From an uncultured Pseudomonadota bacterium (GTDB taxonomy: Bacteria; Oederibacteriota; Muellerivitia; Muellerivitales; Muellerivitaceae): a stretch of DNA of 64,000 nt. The notes beneath the pieces were generated by a model. That model made no database searches and was not told where the DNA came from. It saw nothing but the letters and a program-made list of their open reading frames with translations. Of this stretch, positions 10,838 to 19,657 are shown one piece after another (within the stretch, counting starts at the first letter, position 1; each line of letters opens with the position of its first letter). The stretch lies in assembly GCA_963836235.1 (NCBI GenBank), contig CAWIIP010000001.1, positions 96,001 through 160,000 of the forward strand. Reading direction: 5' to 3'. A program made the translations under genes and the position numbers.

Positions 10838-12877
10838 ATGGATGAAATAAAAAAAAGTTCGAATGGAATGCATGGGTGGATTTTGGCCTTGGAGCGGGCA
10901 CCTCAGTTCCTTGCGGTTCTGCTAATTTTTATCCTGCCTTTCTTGACTCAATGGCAAGGTACCGACAAGCTTTTTCCAAAGTGGGCTATTACCCAACTCC
11001 TGATATTACTCATGCTCAGCACCTGGGTCATCAAGGTGGCTATAACCGGGAAATTAACTTGGGTCTATTCCCGGGCTCATCTGATTTTGTTGATTCTGAT
11101 GATTTGGATTGTCCTGACTTGTTTTCTTTCCCCCTATCCCCAAGCCGGTCTTTTAGCCATGCGGGACGATGTGGTTTATCCCCTTTGGTACCTGCTATTG
11201 ACCTTTACCTGTATCGAGCTTTGGCAGGCTGAAAACCTTTTAATCGTGTTACTTATTTCAGGGCTTGCGACGTGTCTTTGGGCTATAAGCCAGGCTCTGG
11301 GTCTGGGGACCGGGCCTTGGGAAACGCTAGTTAAAACTCAGTTTAGCGGAAGAGTCATCGCGGGGATGGGGAATCCGGACTTTCTGGCCGGCTATTTACT
11401 CATGATTTGGCCCCCGGTCCTTGCCCTCTTATTTCGGGCTGGGATGAAGTTTTCCAGGATTTTTTGGAGTTTTTTATTAATGGTCTGTCTTTTTGCCCTT
11501 TTATTCACGGGCAGTCAAACAGGATATTTGGGTTTTTTTGCGGGTGTATTGGTTTTTTCTTTTTTTAGTTTTAAAGACCAGGTGAAGGGTGCCTTCCCTT
11601 GGTTATTGGTCCTTTTGGGTTTTCTGACACTTTCTTTTTTCCTACCGCCTATGTCGGGACGGCTTCAGGAACTACTGAGTAAGAAAAGCGAAGTTTTCCC
11701 ATTTCAAGAACAAGTTTGGTCGGGAACTTTGGACATGGTGAAGAAAAGTCCTATTTTCGGCGTTGGATACGGAGCCTTTGCGTCGGTTTTTCCCGCGCAC
11801 CGGCCTGCTTGGCTGGGGCTTCACCAGGTTGAGAAAACGGATGGCGGAAATCATGCCTACAATTGGGTCTTGGAATGGACTGCCGAGACGGGTGTGGTTG
11901 GGTTATTGCTGTTGCTAGCTTTCTGGTTTTATGTTCTTGCCCAATGGTGGAGACTTTACAACGCCAATGCCATTCCCAAGGTTTTGGCGATAGGTTTCTT
12001 CGCGGTAGTTTCGGGAGTGGCTGTTGATAACCTTTTTGAAGCGAACAGTTCTGAACCTTTCATCCTGATGCCGTTACTTTTCCTGGCGGCTTTCCCGGTT
12101 GCGCTTTCCCAAAGGTTTTATCGAATAGAAGGTTTCCCGGTCCGACTCAAAGAATTGAACCTTTCGAAATTCAAAGCCTTTCTTTTACCATTGGCGGTTG
12201 TAATTATCTTTTTGGCGTTTTTTCAAATTGTGGATGTTTTTAAGCGCCAGGAAGCGGATATCCTTTGTGAAAAGGCGGCAGTTTCAACCCAATTAGGAAA
12301 ATGGGATGAAGCTCTTGAGCTCTATACCCAGGCTTTAAAATTGGATCCATCGAACTTTGAAACCCGCTATTTACAGGGTTCGGTCTATCTGGACCGGGAC
12401 AAAGAAGGAGACTTGGAGGCCGCATTGGCGGATTTTAACACCTTAGATCCGGTGGCTCCGGACTACCAGCTTATTCATTTCAAAAAATATGAGGTTTTGA
12501 ATTCCTTGAAACGAGAGGAAGAAGCCAAAACCGAATTAAAACGCGCCGTTCGTTTGGACTCGACGCTGATTTATCTCTTGGATGATTTCAAAAAGGCGAG
12601 ACAACTCACCGCGAGCGACCATCTTTCCGAAGCATTAGTCGTTTATCAAGGGTTGATTTTAGATTATCCTACCTGCGTTCCGATGTTGATTGACTACGCC
12701 AACTGCCTCGCCTTATCCCAAGATTACGAGTCGGCTATCAATCTTTATCGAAGCGTATTAGTCTTGGATCCTGGAAACGTTAAAGCCTCCGACGACCTTC
12801 AGAAGGTGCAAGAGATTACGCTGAGAGCCCAAGAGTTGAATCGTCCCAAAGCAAATGTTCTGGGAAGCGAATTGTAA
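10838..12877 (+). CDS. O-antigen ligase/Wzy_C-like polytopic membrane protein with C-terminal TPRs
   Basis: About 12 hydrophobic segments, GNPDFLAGYL, PIFGVGYGAF, HAYN..LE..AETG; TPR-like repeats at the C-terminus. Confidence 0.8.
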   Translation: MDEIKKSSNGMHGWILALERAPQFLAVLLIFILPFLTQWQGTDKLFPKWAITQLLILLMLSTWVIKVAITGKLTWVYSRAHLILLILMIWIVLTCFLSPYPQAGLLAMRDDVVYPLWYLLLTFTCIELWQAENLLIVLLISGLATCLWAISQALGLGTGPWETLVKTQFSGRVIAGMGNPDFLAGYLLMIWPPVLALLFRAGMKFSRIFWSFLLMVCLFALLFTGSQTGYLGFFAGVLVFSFFSFKDQVKGAFPWLLVLLGFLTLSFFLPPMSGRLQELLSKKSEVFPFQEQVWSGTLDMVKKSPIFGVGYGAFASVFPAHRPAWLGLHQVEKTDGGNHAYNWVLEWTAETGVVGLLLLLAFWFYVLAQWWRLYNANAIPKVLAIGFFAVVSGVAVDNLFEANSSEPFILMPLLFLAAFPVALSQRFYRIEGFPVRLKELNLSKFKAFLLPLAVVIIFLAFFQIVDVFKRQEADILCEKAAVSTQLGKWDEALELYTQALKLDPSNFETRYLQGSVYLDRDKEGDLEAALADFNTLDPVAPDYQLIHFKKYEVLNSLKREEEAKTELKRAVRLDSTLIYLLDDFKKARQLTASDHLSEALVVYQGLILDYPTCVPMLIDYANCLALSQDYESAINLYRSVLVLDPGNVKASDDLQKVQEITLRAQELNRPKANVLGSEL

Positions 12878-12900
12878 GGTAAAAGTTCAGGAGCTTTTTT

Positions 12901-13524
12901 TTGATTAAAATAGCTATATTTGCTTCAGGGGGCGGCTCAAACCTTCAGGCACTGATCGATGGGCAAGATACGGGGCTTTTTAAGGGTAAAATCGGTCTGG
13001 TTTTCTCCAATGTGCCGGAATCGGGGGCCATGGAACGGGCCGAGAACCAGCGTATCGAATCCGTCGCCATTGCCAGCAAAGGATATCCGGGGAGTCGGGA
13101 AGAGTACGACCGGGAAGTTTTGGAACTTTGCCAACACAAGAAAATTGACCTGATTTGCCTTGCCGGGTATATGCGAATCCTGACGCCGGTTTTGATCAAA
13201 CCCTATTTGTATAAGGTGATGAATATCCACCCAGCCCTCCTGCCGAAATTTGGTGGGGAAGGTATGTATGGTCACCATGTGCATGAGGCGGTGATTAAAG
13301 CGAAAGAAAAAGAATCGGGCGCCACAGTGCATTTTGTGACCGAGGGGGTGGATGCGGGCCCTATTATCCTACAAGGAAATGTAAGGGTTTTGCCCAATGA
13401 CACGACTCAAACCCTGGCTGAAAAGGTTTTAAAAGTGGAGCATCATCTTTACCCGGAAGCGGTTCGGTTGTTTTGTGCGGGGAAAATTAAAGTAAGTGAC
13501 GGACGAGTGAAAATATTGCCTTAA
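12901..13524 (+). CDS. purN: GAR formyltransferase
   Basis: ASGGGSNLQA, LAGYMRIL, NIHPALLPKFGG, GATVHFV..GVDAGPII. Confidence 0.97.
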   Translation: MIKIAIFASGGGSNLQALIDGQDTGLFKGKIGLVFSNVPESGAMERAENQRIESVAIASKGYPGSREEYDREVLELCQHKKIDLICLAGYMRILTPVLIKPYLYKVMNIHPALLPKFGGEGMYGHHVHEAVIKAKEKESGATVHFVTEGVDAGPIILQGNVRVLPNDTTQTLAEKVLKVEHHLYPEAVRLFCAGKIKVSDGRVKILP

Positions 13525-13534
13525 AAGGTGTCCT

Positions 13535-14086
13535 GTGAAAGAAACCCCGTTGTTACCGCAGATTATTAAAACTTCTAAATCTGCAAGGTTATTTGGTGGA
13601 ATTGGGTCTGCGATTTTGATTTTCTTTATATTCCTTATCCCTTTGTTTGCATTGAAACCGCTTGGTTTAAATGACCTTTTGATGGTCGCTTTTGGCCTTT
13701 GTTCTTTGGCTTTATTACTTTTGCTGAAATGTTTTCAAAGTGTTCATTGTTCAGAAGAAGGGCTGGAGTTTTTTAAACTTATTTTTAAAACAAAGAAAAT
13801 ATTATGGGATGAAATAGAGAAAGCGGAATTTGTTCGAAAAACAGGTTCTTATCAACTGACCTTTTATCCATATTCCATTATAAAATTTACTGTTAAAGAT
13901 GGTGGAAGTTTTGAATTGGTAAACAGCATTTTTTTTAACTTGAAGGATGTTTTGATCATTTGCGATTTGTTGAAAATGAAAGCGTTTAATGCTGATGTGA
14001 ATATCGATTCAAAGATGGTGGCGAAAGAGTTTGTTGTTGAAAAAAATTATGGAAATGGTGAGAGAAAATGTCTGAAGACAAAGTGA
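13535..14086 (+). CDS. Hypothetical membrane protein (two TM helices plus soluble, possibly PH-like, domain); AT-rich
   Basis: Fills the purN-purH gap; two hydrophobic segments then I.WDEI motif. Confidence 0.6.
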   Translation: MKETPLLPQIIKTSKSARLFGGIGSAILIFFIFLIPLFALKPLGLNDLLMVAFGLCSLALLLLLKCFQSVHCSEEGLEFFKLIFKTKKILWDEIEKAEFVRKTGSYQLTFYPYSIIKFTVKDGGSFELVNSIFFNLKDVLIICDLLKMKAFNADVNIDSKMVAKEFVVEKNYGNGERKCLKTK

Positions 14087-15642
14087 AAATTAAAAGAGCG
14101 TTATTGAGCGTTTCGGACAAAACGGGATTGATTGATTTTGCCAAGCAATTGGTTGGACACGGGGCGGAGCTCATTTCAACAGGGGGAACCGCCAAAGCTA
14201 TTAAGAACGCTGGTTTGGCCGTGAAGGATATTTCTGAAGTCACTGGTTTTCCCGAAATGTTGGACGGCCGGGTGAAGACCCTGCATCCAGTGGTACATGG
14301 CGGCCTCCTGTCTCTTCGCGACAATAAAGAACACATGGAAACCATCGCCAAACACAATATAAAGCCTATCGACTTGGTTTGTGTGAACCTCTATCCTTTC
14401 GAAGCTACGATTTCTAAACCCAACGTCGAACTCCACGAGGCCATTGAGAACATAGATATTGGCGGCCCGTCCATGATCCGCTCAGCGTCTAAAAACTACC
14501 GAAGTGTCACCGTGGTGACTTCGGCCTCCCAATACGCGGCGGTGGTCCGGGAAATGACTGAAAATAATGGGGCGACCACGTTTAAACTGCGGCAGGAACT
14601 GGCCATTGAGGCTTTTGGTAACACGGCCCGTTATGACGGAACCATTCATGAATACCTGCACCGCCGCCTTTCCGAAAAGAAATGGCCGGATATCTTCACG
14701 ATATCGGGGTTGAAAGTCCAAGAAATGCGTTACGGAGAGAATCCCCATCAGCCGGCAGCCTTTTATAAAGACCGCAATAATGCTTTGCCGACTATCGCCA
14801 ATGGCAAACAGTTGCAGGGCAAGGAACTTTCCTACAACAACATCATGGATGCGGACGCGGCCCTAGCCTTGGTGAAAGAATTTGACGATCCAGCCGCTAC
14901 AATCATCAAACACACGAATCCATGTGGAACAGCCATTGGTACGGATGTTGCGGAAGCCTTTGCCAAGGCCTTCGCTTCGGATTCCTTATCCGCTTTTGGG
15001 GGCATCGTGGCGGTCAACCGTCCGGTCACCGAAAATACAGCCAAGATGATTTTAGAGAAGCTGAGCTTTTTCGAGATTATGCTGGCACCGTCCTACGACG
15101 AAGGGGTTTTGAAGGCTTTCGAAGCACGGAAAAACTTGAGGGTCATGTCGGTGGAAGGTTTGGGCAGATCGAAAGAAATCATCCCCGGTTACCATGTGCG
15201 CCGGGTGGAAGGCGGCTTCCTGGTACAAGATTTCGACCAGGCGGTGGAGGATAAGGCCCAATTTAAGGTCGTGACCCAGGCACATCCTGATCCGAAACTG
15301 GCTAAAGACATGGATTTCGGTTGGAAACTGGTGAAGCATGTGAAGTCTAACGGTATCGTTCTGGTCAAGAATGGGGTTTCCATTGGAGTTGGCGCCGGCC
15401 AGATGAACCGGGTCGGATCTTTGGAAATTGCCATCAAACAGGCGGGAGATATGGCCAAGGGAAGTGTGATGGCGTCCGACGCCTTATTACCCTTCCGGGA
15501 TAGCGTGGATGCCTGTGCCAAGGCGGGAGTGGCGGCGATTATTCAAACCGGGGGAAGCGTGAGAGATGGGGAAGTCATCGAGGCCGCCAACCAGCATGGG
15601 ATTCCAATGATTTTTACAACTTATCGGCATTTCAAGCATTAA
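14068..15642 (+). CDS. purH: Bifunctional AICAR formyltransferase/IMP cyclohydrolase
   Basis: RALLSVSDKTG, GRVKTLHP, IDIGGP, RYGENPHQ, KHVKSN, RHFKH. Confidence 0.98.
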   Translation: MSEDKVKIKRALLSVSDKTGLIDFAKQLVGHGAELISTGGTAKAIKNAGLAVKDISEVTGFPEMLDGRVKTLHPVVHGGLLSLRDNKEHMETIAKHNIKPIDLVCVNLYPFEATISKPNVELHEAIENIDIGGPSMIRSASKNYRSVTVVTSASQYAAVVREMTENNGATTFKLRQELAIEAFGNTARYDGTIHEYLHRRLSEKKWPDIFTISGLKVQEMRYGENPHQPAAFYKDRNNALPTIANGKQLQGKELSYNNIMDADAALALVKEFDDPAATIIKHTNPCGTAIGTDVAEAFAKAFASDSLSAFGGIVAVNRPVTENTAKMILEKLSFFEIMLAPSYDEGVLKAFEARKNLRVMSVEGLGRSKEIIPGYHVRRVEGGFLVQDFDQAVEDKAQFKVVTQAHPDPKLAKDMDFGWKLVKHVKSNGIVLVKNGVSIGVGAGQMNRVGSLEIAIKQAGDMAKGSVMASDALLPFRDSVDACAKAGVAAIIQTGGSVRDGEVIEAANQHGIPMIFTTYRHFKH

Positions 15643-15672
15643 CAATAGAACCTAACTTGTTTGGAGGTTGGC

Positions 15673-16950
15673 TTGGATATTTTGGTTGTTGGTTCGGGTG
15701 GCCGGGAGCATGCCATGTGCTGGGCGCTTTCCAAATCCATTAGAAAACCCAAACTCTATTGCGCCCCGGGAAACGCCGGAATCGCCCAATTGGCCGAATG
15801 CCTGGATATCTTGGCAGATGACATTCCCTCACTAGTGAAATGGGTAAAAGATCACGATCCCCATTTAGTTGTGATCGGCCCAGAAGTTCCCCTTTGCATG
15901 GGTTTGGCGGATGAGCTTTTAAAGGAAGGTTTCCAGGTTTTCGGACCCACCAAAGATGGAGCCCAAATGGAGGGAAGTAAGGATTTCGCCAAGAGGATTC
16001 TCCTGGATAACCATATTCCCACCGCAAAAGCCCAGACCTTTACCGACTATAAAAAAGCCTTAACCTATTTGCGAGCCCAAGGGGCGCCGATTGTCATCAA
16101 GGCAGACGGATTGGCCGCCGGCAAAGGGGTGACGGTTTGCGAAACGCTTCCACAAGCCGAGGCGGCTTTAGAAGAATCCATGAAGAAGAAAGTTTTCGGC
16201 GATGCGGGTTCAAAAGTCGTCATTGAAGAATTTTTAGAAGGCGAAGAGGCCTCGATTCTCGCTTTTGTTGACGGAGAAACGATAGTGCCCATGGTGAGCG
16301 CCCAGGACCATAAACGTGTCTTTGACGGCGACCAGGGGCCTAATACGGGCGGTATGGGGTCCTATTCACCCGCTCCAGTTGTTACGGAGAAACTAAATGA
16401 GGAGATACTAGAGAAAATTCTGAAGCCCACCGTAGCCGCGTTGAAACGCTTGGGAATCATCTATAAGGGCGTTTTGTACGCCGGGCTAATGATCACAAAA
16501 GAGGGGCCCAAAGTGATCGAGTACAACTGTCGTTTTGGCGATCCCGAAACCCAAGTGGTTTTACCCCGTTTGAAAACCGATTTTGTGAATATATGCATGG
16601 CGGTAGCCCAAGGTAAACTCTCCCACCTGAAAGTTGAGTGGAACGAAGAGCAAGCGGCTTGCGTAGTGATGGCCTCGCAGGGATATCCAAGTTCTTACCC
16701 CAAAGGAAAAGTCATTGAAGGCCTTGAAAAAGCAGCCCAAAACCCTGATACCTATGTTTTCCATGCTGGAACCGCGTTGGAAGGCGGCAAAGTGGTGACA
16801 TCGGGTGGTCGGGTACTATGTGTGACGGGTGTGGGAAAGACCCTCCAGAAGGCCATCGAAAAGGCTTATGGGGCGGTAAAGGAAATTCGGTTTGACGGAG
16901 CCCATTACCGTAAAGACATCGCTTGGCGTGCCTTGAAAAGCAATCGTTAG
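15673..16950 (+). CDS. purD: GAR synthetase
   Basis: VGSGGREHA, KADGLAAGKGV, QDHKR, GPNTGGMG, RFGDPETQ. Confidence 0.98.
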   Translation: MDILVVGSGGREHAMCWALSKSIRKPKLYCAPGNAGIAQLAECLDILADDIPSLVKWVKDHDPHLVVIGPEVPLCMGLADELLKEGFQVFGPTKDGAQMEGSKDFAKRILLDNHIPTAKAQTFTDYKKALTYLRAQGAPIVIKADGLAAGKGVTVCETLPQAEAALEESMKKKVFGDAGSKVVIEEFLEGEEASILAFVDGETIVPMVSAQDHKRVFDGDQGPNTGGMGSYSPAPVVTEKLNEEILEKILKPTVAALKRLGIIYKGVLYAGLMITKEGPKVIEYNCRFGDPETQVVLPRLKTDFVNICMAVAQGKLSHLKVEWNEEQAACVVMASQGYPSSYPKGKVIEGLEKAAQNPDTYVFHAGTALEGGKVVTSGGRVLCVTGVGKTLQKAIEKAYGAVKEIRFDGAHYRKDIAWRALKSNR

Positions 16951-17116
16951 TCATCACATCTAAAATACATTAAATAGTTTTAGGATTTGGCAGAAGCTTT
17001 GCTTTATCGCGCTTGAACCATGAAAATTTTCAGTTTTTGTGCTGAAAAATCCATATTTCTTTGAGAAGATTAAACCAAGGCTAGATATGTTGATCGAGAA
17101 AGCGTACTTTTGACGA

Positions 17117-17782
17117 ATGGAAAAAAACATGAGTGAACAAACCAATCTCAAATCATTGCCTTATTCCCCGGCCAACTTGTCGCAAGTTGCGAAAGTCATT
17201 AAGGACGGCGGGATAGCCGTTTTCCCGACTGATACCGTTTACGATATTGGCTGTTCGGTTAAAAAGCTTGAGGCTCTCAAGCGCATCTTCAAACTTAAAG
17301 ATCGTCCCCTCAGCCAGTCCTTGTCCATACTCATTTCCAGGCCCGAAGTCGCCCTTGAAATCGCTGACTTTAAGGATAAAGACCTGGATGTTCTGAAGAA
17401 AATCTGGCCTGGTCCCTGGACGCTGATTACGAAAGCCAAAGCCCAACTAGCCCAAGGCGGAGTAGGGCCGGATGGAACGGTCGCGCTTCGATGTCCCGAC
17501 CATGGGATCGCCCTTGAGCTTTTACGAACTGCGGGGGACACCCTGGCTGTTTCCAGCGCGAACTATTCGGGCGATAAAAGCCCGGTGCGTTTCGACGAGG
17601 TTGATCCAGAAATTCTTGAGAAAGTCGACGTTGCGCTGGACGCGGGGGTTTGCCCCTTGGCGGGTGAAACGGCTATCGCCAAATTCGATAAAAAACGTGT
17701 GACCATTATTCGAACCGGTTGTGTTTCCAAGGAAGAAGTCGCCAGAGTGGAGGCTCTTTTAACCCAGCTGATACAAGAATAA
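17117..17782 (+). CDS. tsaC: Threonylcarbamoyl-AMP synthase (YrdC/Sua5 N-domain)
   Basis: FPTDTVY, K.RP, WPGP.T, ALRCPDH, SSANYSG. Confidence 0.85.
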   Translation: MEKNMSEQTNLKSLPYSPANLSQVAKVIKDGGIAVFPTDTVYDIGCSVKKLEALKRIFKLKDRPLSQSLSILISRPEVALEIADFKDKDLDVLKKIWPGPWTLITKAKAQLAQGGVGPDGTVALRCPDHGIALELLRTAGDTLAVSSANYSGDKSPVRFDEVDPEILEKVDVALDAGVCPLAGETAIAKFDKKRVTIIRTGCVSKEEVARVEALLTQLIQE

Positions 17783-17800
17783 ACACTAGGGGAAAAAGAG

Positions 17801-18253
17801 TTGCCTAAAAAGGTATTGTTCGTTTGTACTGGAAACACTTGCCGGAGTCCCATGGCTGAGGGCTTGTTGAATAAAATGGCCAGCGAAAACCACATTCCGT
17901 TGGAGGTCCAATCCGCCGGTTTGGCGGCTTTTGTTGGTGTTCCGGCGGCGCCCGAAGCGGTTGAGGCTTGCCGGGAAAAGGGAATCGACATCTCCGGTCA
18001 TCAAAGCCAGCCTTTGAGCAAAACCCTGGTCATGGAAAGCGACTTGATTTTGACCATGACGGAAAAACATAAAGAAATGATCGTTAAGAAGATGCCCGCC
18101 TTGGAAAACAAGGTTTCTCTTTTATCTGAGTTTGCCGGTTCGGGCAGTGAAGATGTGGAAGATCCAGTCGGGATGCCGTTGGAATCCTATCGAAAAACGT
18201 TGGCCCAGATGGAAAGATATCTTGATAAAGCTTTCGAACAGTTTAGAAATTAA
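17801..18253 (+). CDS. Low-molecular-weight protein phosphatase, YwlE-like (arginine phosphatase)
   Basis: VLFVCTGNTCRSPMAE P-loop, DVEDP; sits between tsaC and rpiB as in the Bacillus ywlC..ywlE-ywlF cluster. Confidence 0.88.
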   Translation: MPKKVLFVCTGNTCRSPMAEGLLNKMASENHIPLEVQSAGLAAFVGVPAAPEAVEACREKGIDISGHQSQPLSKTLVMESDLILTMTEKHKEMIVKKMPALENKVSLLSEFAGSGSEDVEDPVGMPLESYRKTLAQMERYLDKAFEQFRN

Positions 18254-18304
18254 GGCGCGTCGAAGAGCCTTTTAGCGGTTTAAATTGACTCACTTGGGGA
18301 AAAA

Positions 18305-18760
18305 ATGAAAATTGCCATTGGCTCCGATCACGCCGGTTTTGATCTCAAGCAGGTCCTTGTCCAGCATTTGAAACAAGAGGGGTACCAAGTTGAGGACGTG
18401 GGAGCTTATAACGCTGAGTCGAGCGATTATCCGGTTTTCGGGGAAAAGGTCGCCAAGGCCGTAGCGTCCAAAGCGGTAGATCGGGGCATTGTCGTTTGCG
18501 GAAACGGTATCGGTATGTCGATTGTGGCCAACAAGGTACCGGGGGTCCGTGCCGCCTTGGTTTTTACCGAAAAAATGGCTGAACAAACCCGGACTCACAA
18601 TGATTCCAACGTCCTTTCTCTGGCGGGGCGGGATTTGCCCCAGGAAACAAACCTGAAGCTGGCTGATATTTGGCTTAAGACGCCTTTCAGCAACGTGGAT
18701 CGCCACGTCCGTCGGGTGGGTGAAATCAAAGAAATCGAAAAGACGAACCTCAAATCCTAA
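18305..18760 (+). CDS. rpiB: Ribose-5-phosphate isomerase B
   Basis: GSDHAG, CGNGIGMSIVANK, HNDSNVL, RHVRRV. Confidence 0.95.
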   Translation: MKIAIGSDHAGFDLKQVLVQHLKQEGYQVEDVGAYNAESSDYPVFGEKVAKAVASKAVDRGIVVCGNGIGMSIVANKVPGVRAALVFTEKMAEQTRTHNDSNVLSLAGRDLPQETNLKLADIWLKTPFSNVDRHVRRVGEIKEIEKTNLKS

Positions 18761-18773
18761 CTAAGGCTTGGGT

Positions 18774-19181
18774 ATGAAACGGCTGATGTATGGAATCCTT
18801 CTCCTAACGATATCCATTCTTTTAGGTGGATGCTCTCTTTCGCCGGATGAGAAGGTATCACGGGAACAAGCACTAAAACAAACGGTCGAAACATTCGTCG
18901 CCGATGTGATTCAGTCCAATTGGATGGAGGCCTACCGCCTCACGGACGGAAGTTTTCCGAACGCGGATCGTTTGAAAACACAGATCACCCAAAGCTGGGT
19001 TACGGACTCCACGATTACGGATGGGAATATCTCTTCCATGGCCTGGGTTTCCGATGAAATCGCAAAGGTCAAGTTGACGTGGACTTTCCAATCTGGAAGC
19101 GTGCAAAGCTTTTCAAATGAAACTTTTGTTTGGGGTTGGAAAGGGAATGGTTGGAAGTACCGGGGGCGGGCGATTCGCTAA
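18774..19181 (+). CDS. Hypothetical lipoprotein (possibly NTF2-like)
   Basis: MKR, hydrophobic core, LGGC lipobox. Confidence 0.7.
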   Translation: MKRLMYGILLLTISILLGGCSLSPDEKVSREQALKQTVETFVADVIQSNWMEAYRLTDGSFPNADRLKTQITQSWVTDSTITDGNISSMAWVSDEIAKVKLTWTFQSGSVQSFSNETFVWGWKGNGWKYRGRAIR

Positions 19182-19210
19182 AGTCGTTATTTGTATTTTG
19201 GGTTCAAATG

Positions 19211-19245
19211 AAAAAAGCCACTTTCCCAAAGGGAAAGTGGCTTTT
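19211..19245. terminator. Bidirectional intrinsic terminator
   Basis: AAAAGCCACTTTCCC-AAA-GGGAAAGTGGCTTTT perfect hairpin between convergent genes. Confidence 0.9.
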
Positions 19246-19256
19246 AGTTTTAAAAC

Positions 19257-19523
19257 CTAAGGTTTTGCGGCAGTTTGCGGGGCCTTGCGGATAGCCTGGC
19301 GTTTTTGGACCTTGCCGGAACGAAGGCAACGGGTACAAACCAAAAGGCGTTTGGGGCTTCCATTGACGACGGCACGGATGACTTGAAGGTTTGGCATTTG
19401 GCGGCGCAGATGCACGCCGGTGATGTTCAATCCGATACCACCCTCTTTTTTCGATTTACCACGGCGGGTAATCTTGCGGGCCTTGATTGGGCCTTTGGAA
19501 CAGATGTCACAAACTTGAGCCAT
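19257..19523 (-). CDS. rpmB: 50S ribosomal protein L28
   Basis: MAQVCDICSK...RRGKSKKEGGIG...RRQMPNLQ...CTRCLRSG; GAGGAG RBS. Confidence 0.93.
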   Translation of the reverse strand: MAQVCDICSKGPIKARKITRRGKSKKEGGIGLNITGVHLRRQMPNLQVIRAVVNGSPKRLLVCTRCLRSGKVQKRQAIRKAPQTAAKP

Positions 19524-19557
19524 TGCGTTACTCCTCGTTTTAGAGACTAGGGGCGGT

Positions 19558-19587
19558 ATTATACGCAAAGGGTTTTGGAATAAACAA
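19558..19587 (-). promoter_or_regulatory. Sigma70-type promoter for rpmB
   Basis: Minus strand TTGTTT-18-TATAAT followed by GC-rich ACCGCCC discriminator. Confidence 0.6.
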
Positions 19588-19657
19588 GCGTTTTTACGGC
19601 CATATAGCCCTCATTTCCCGGTGCTATGATGGGCCATCTTAATCCAGGCGGTTCGCG

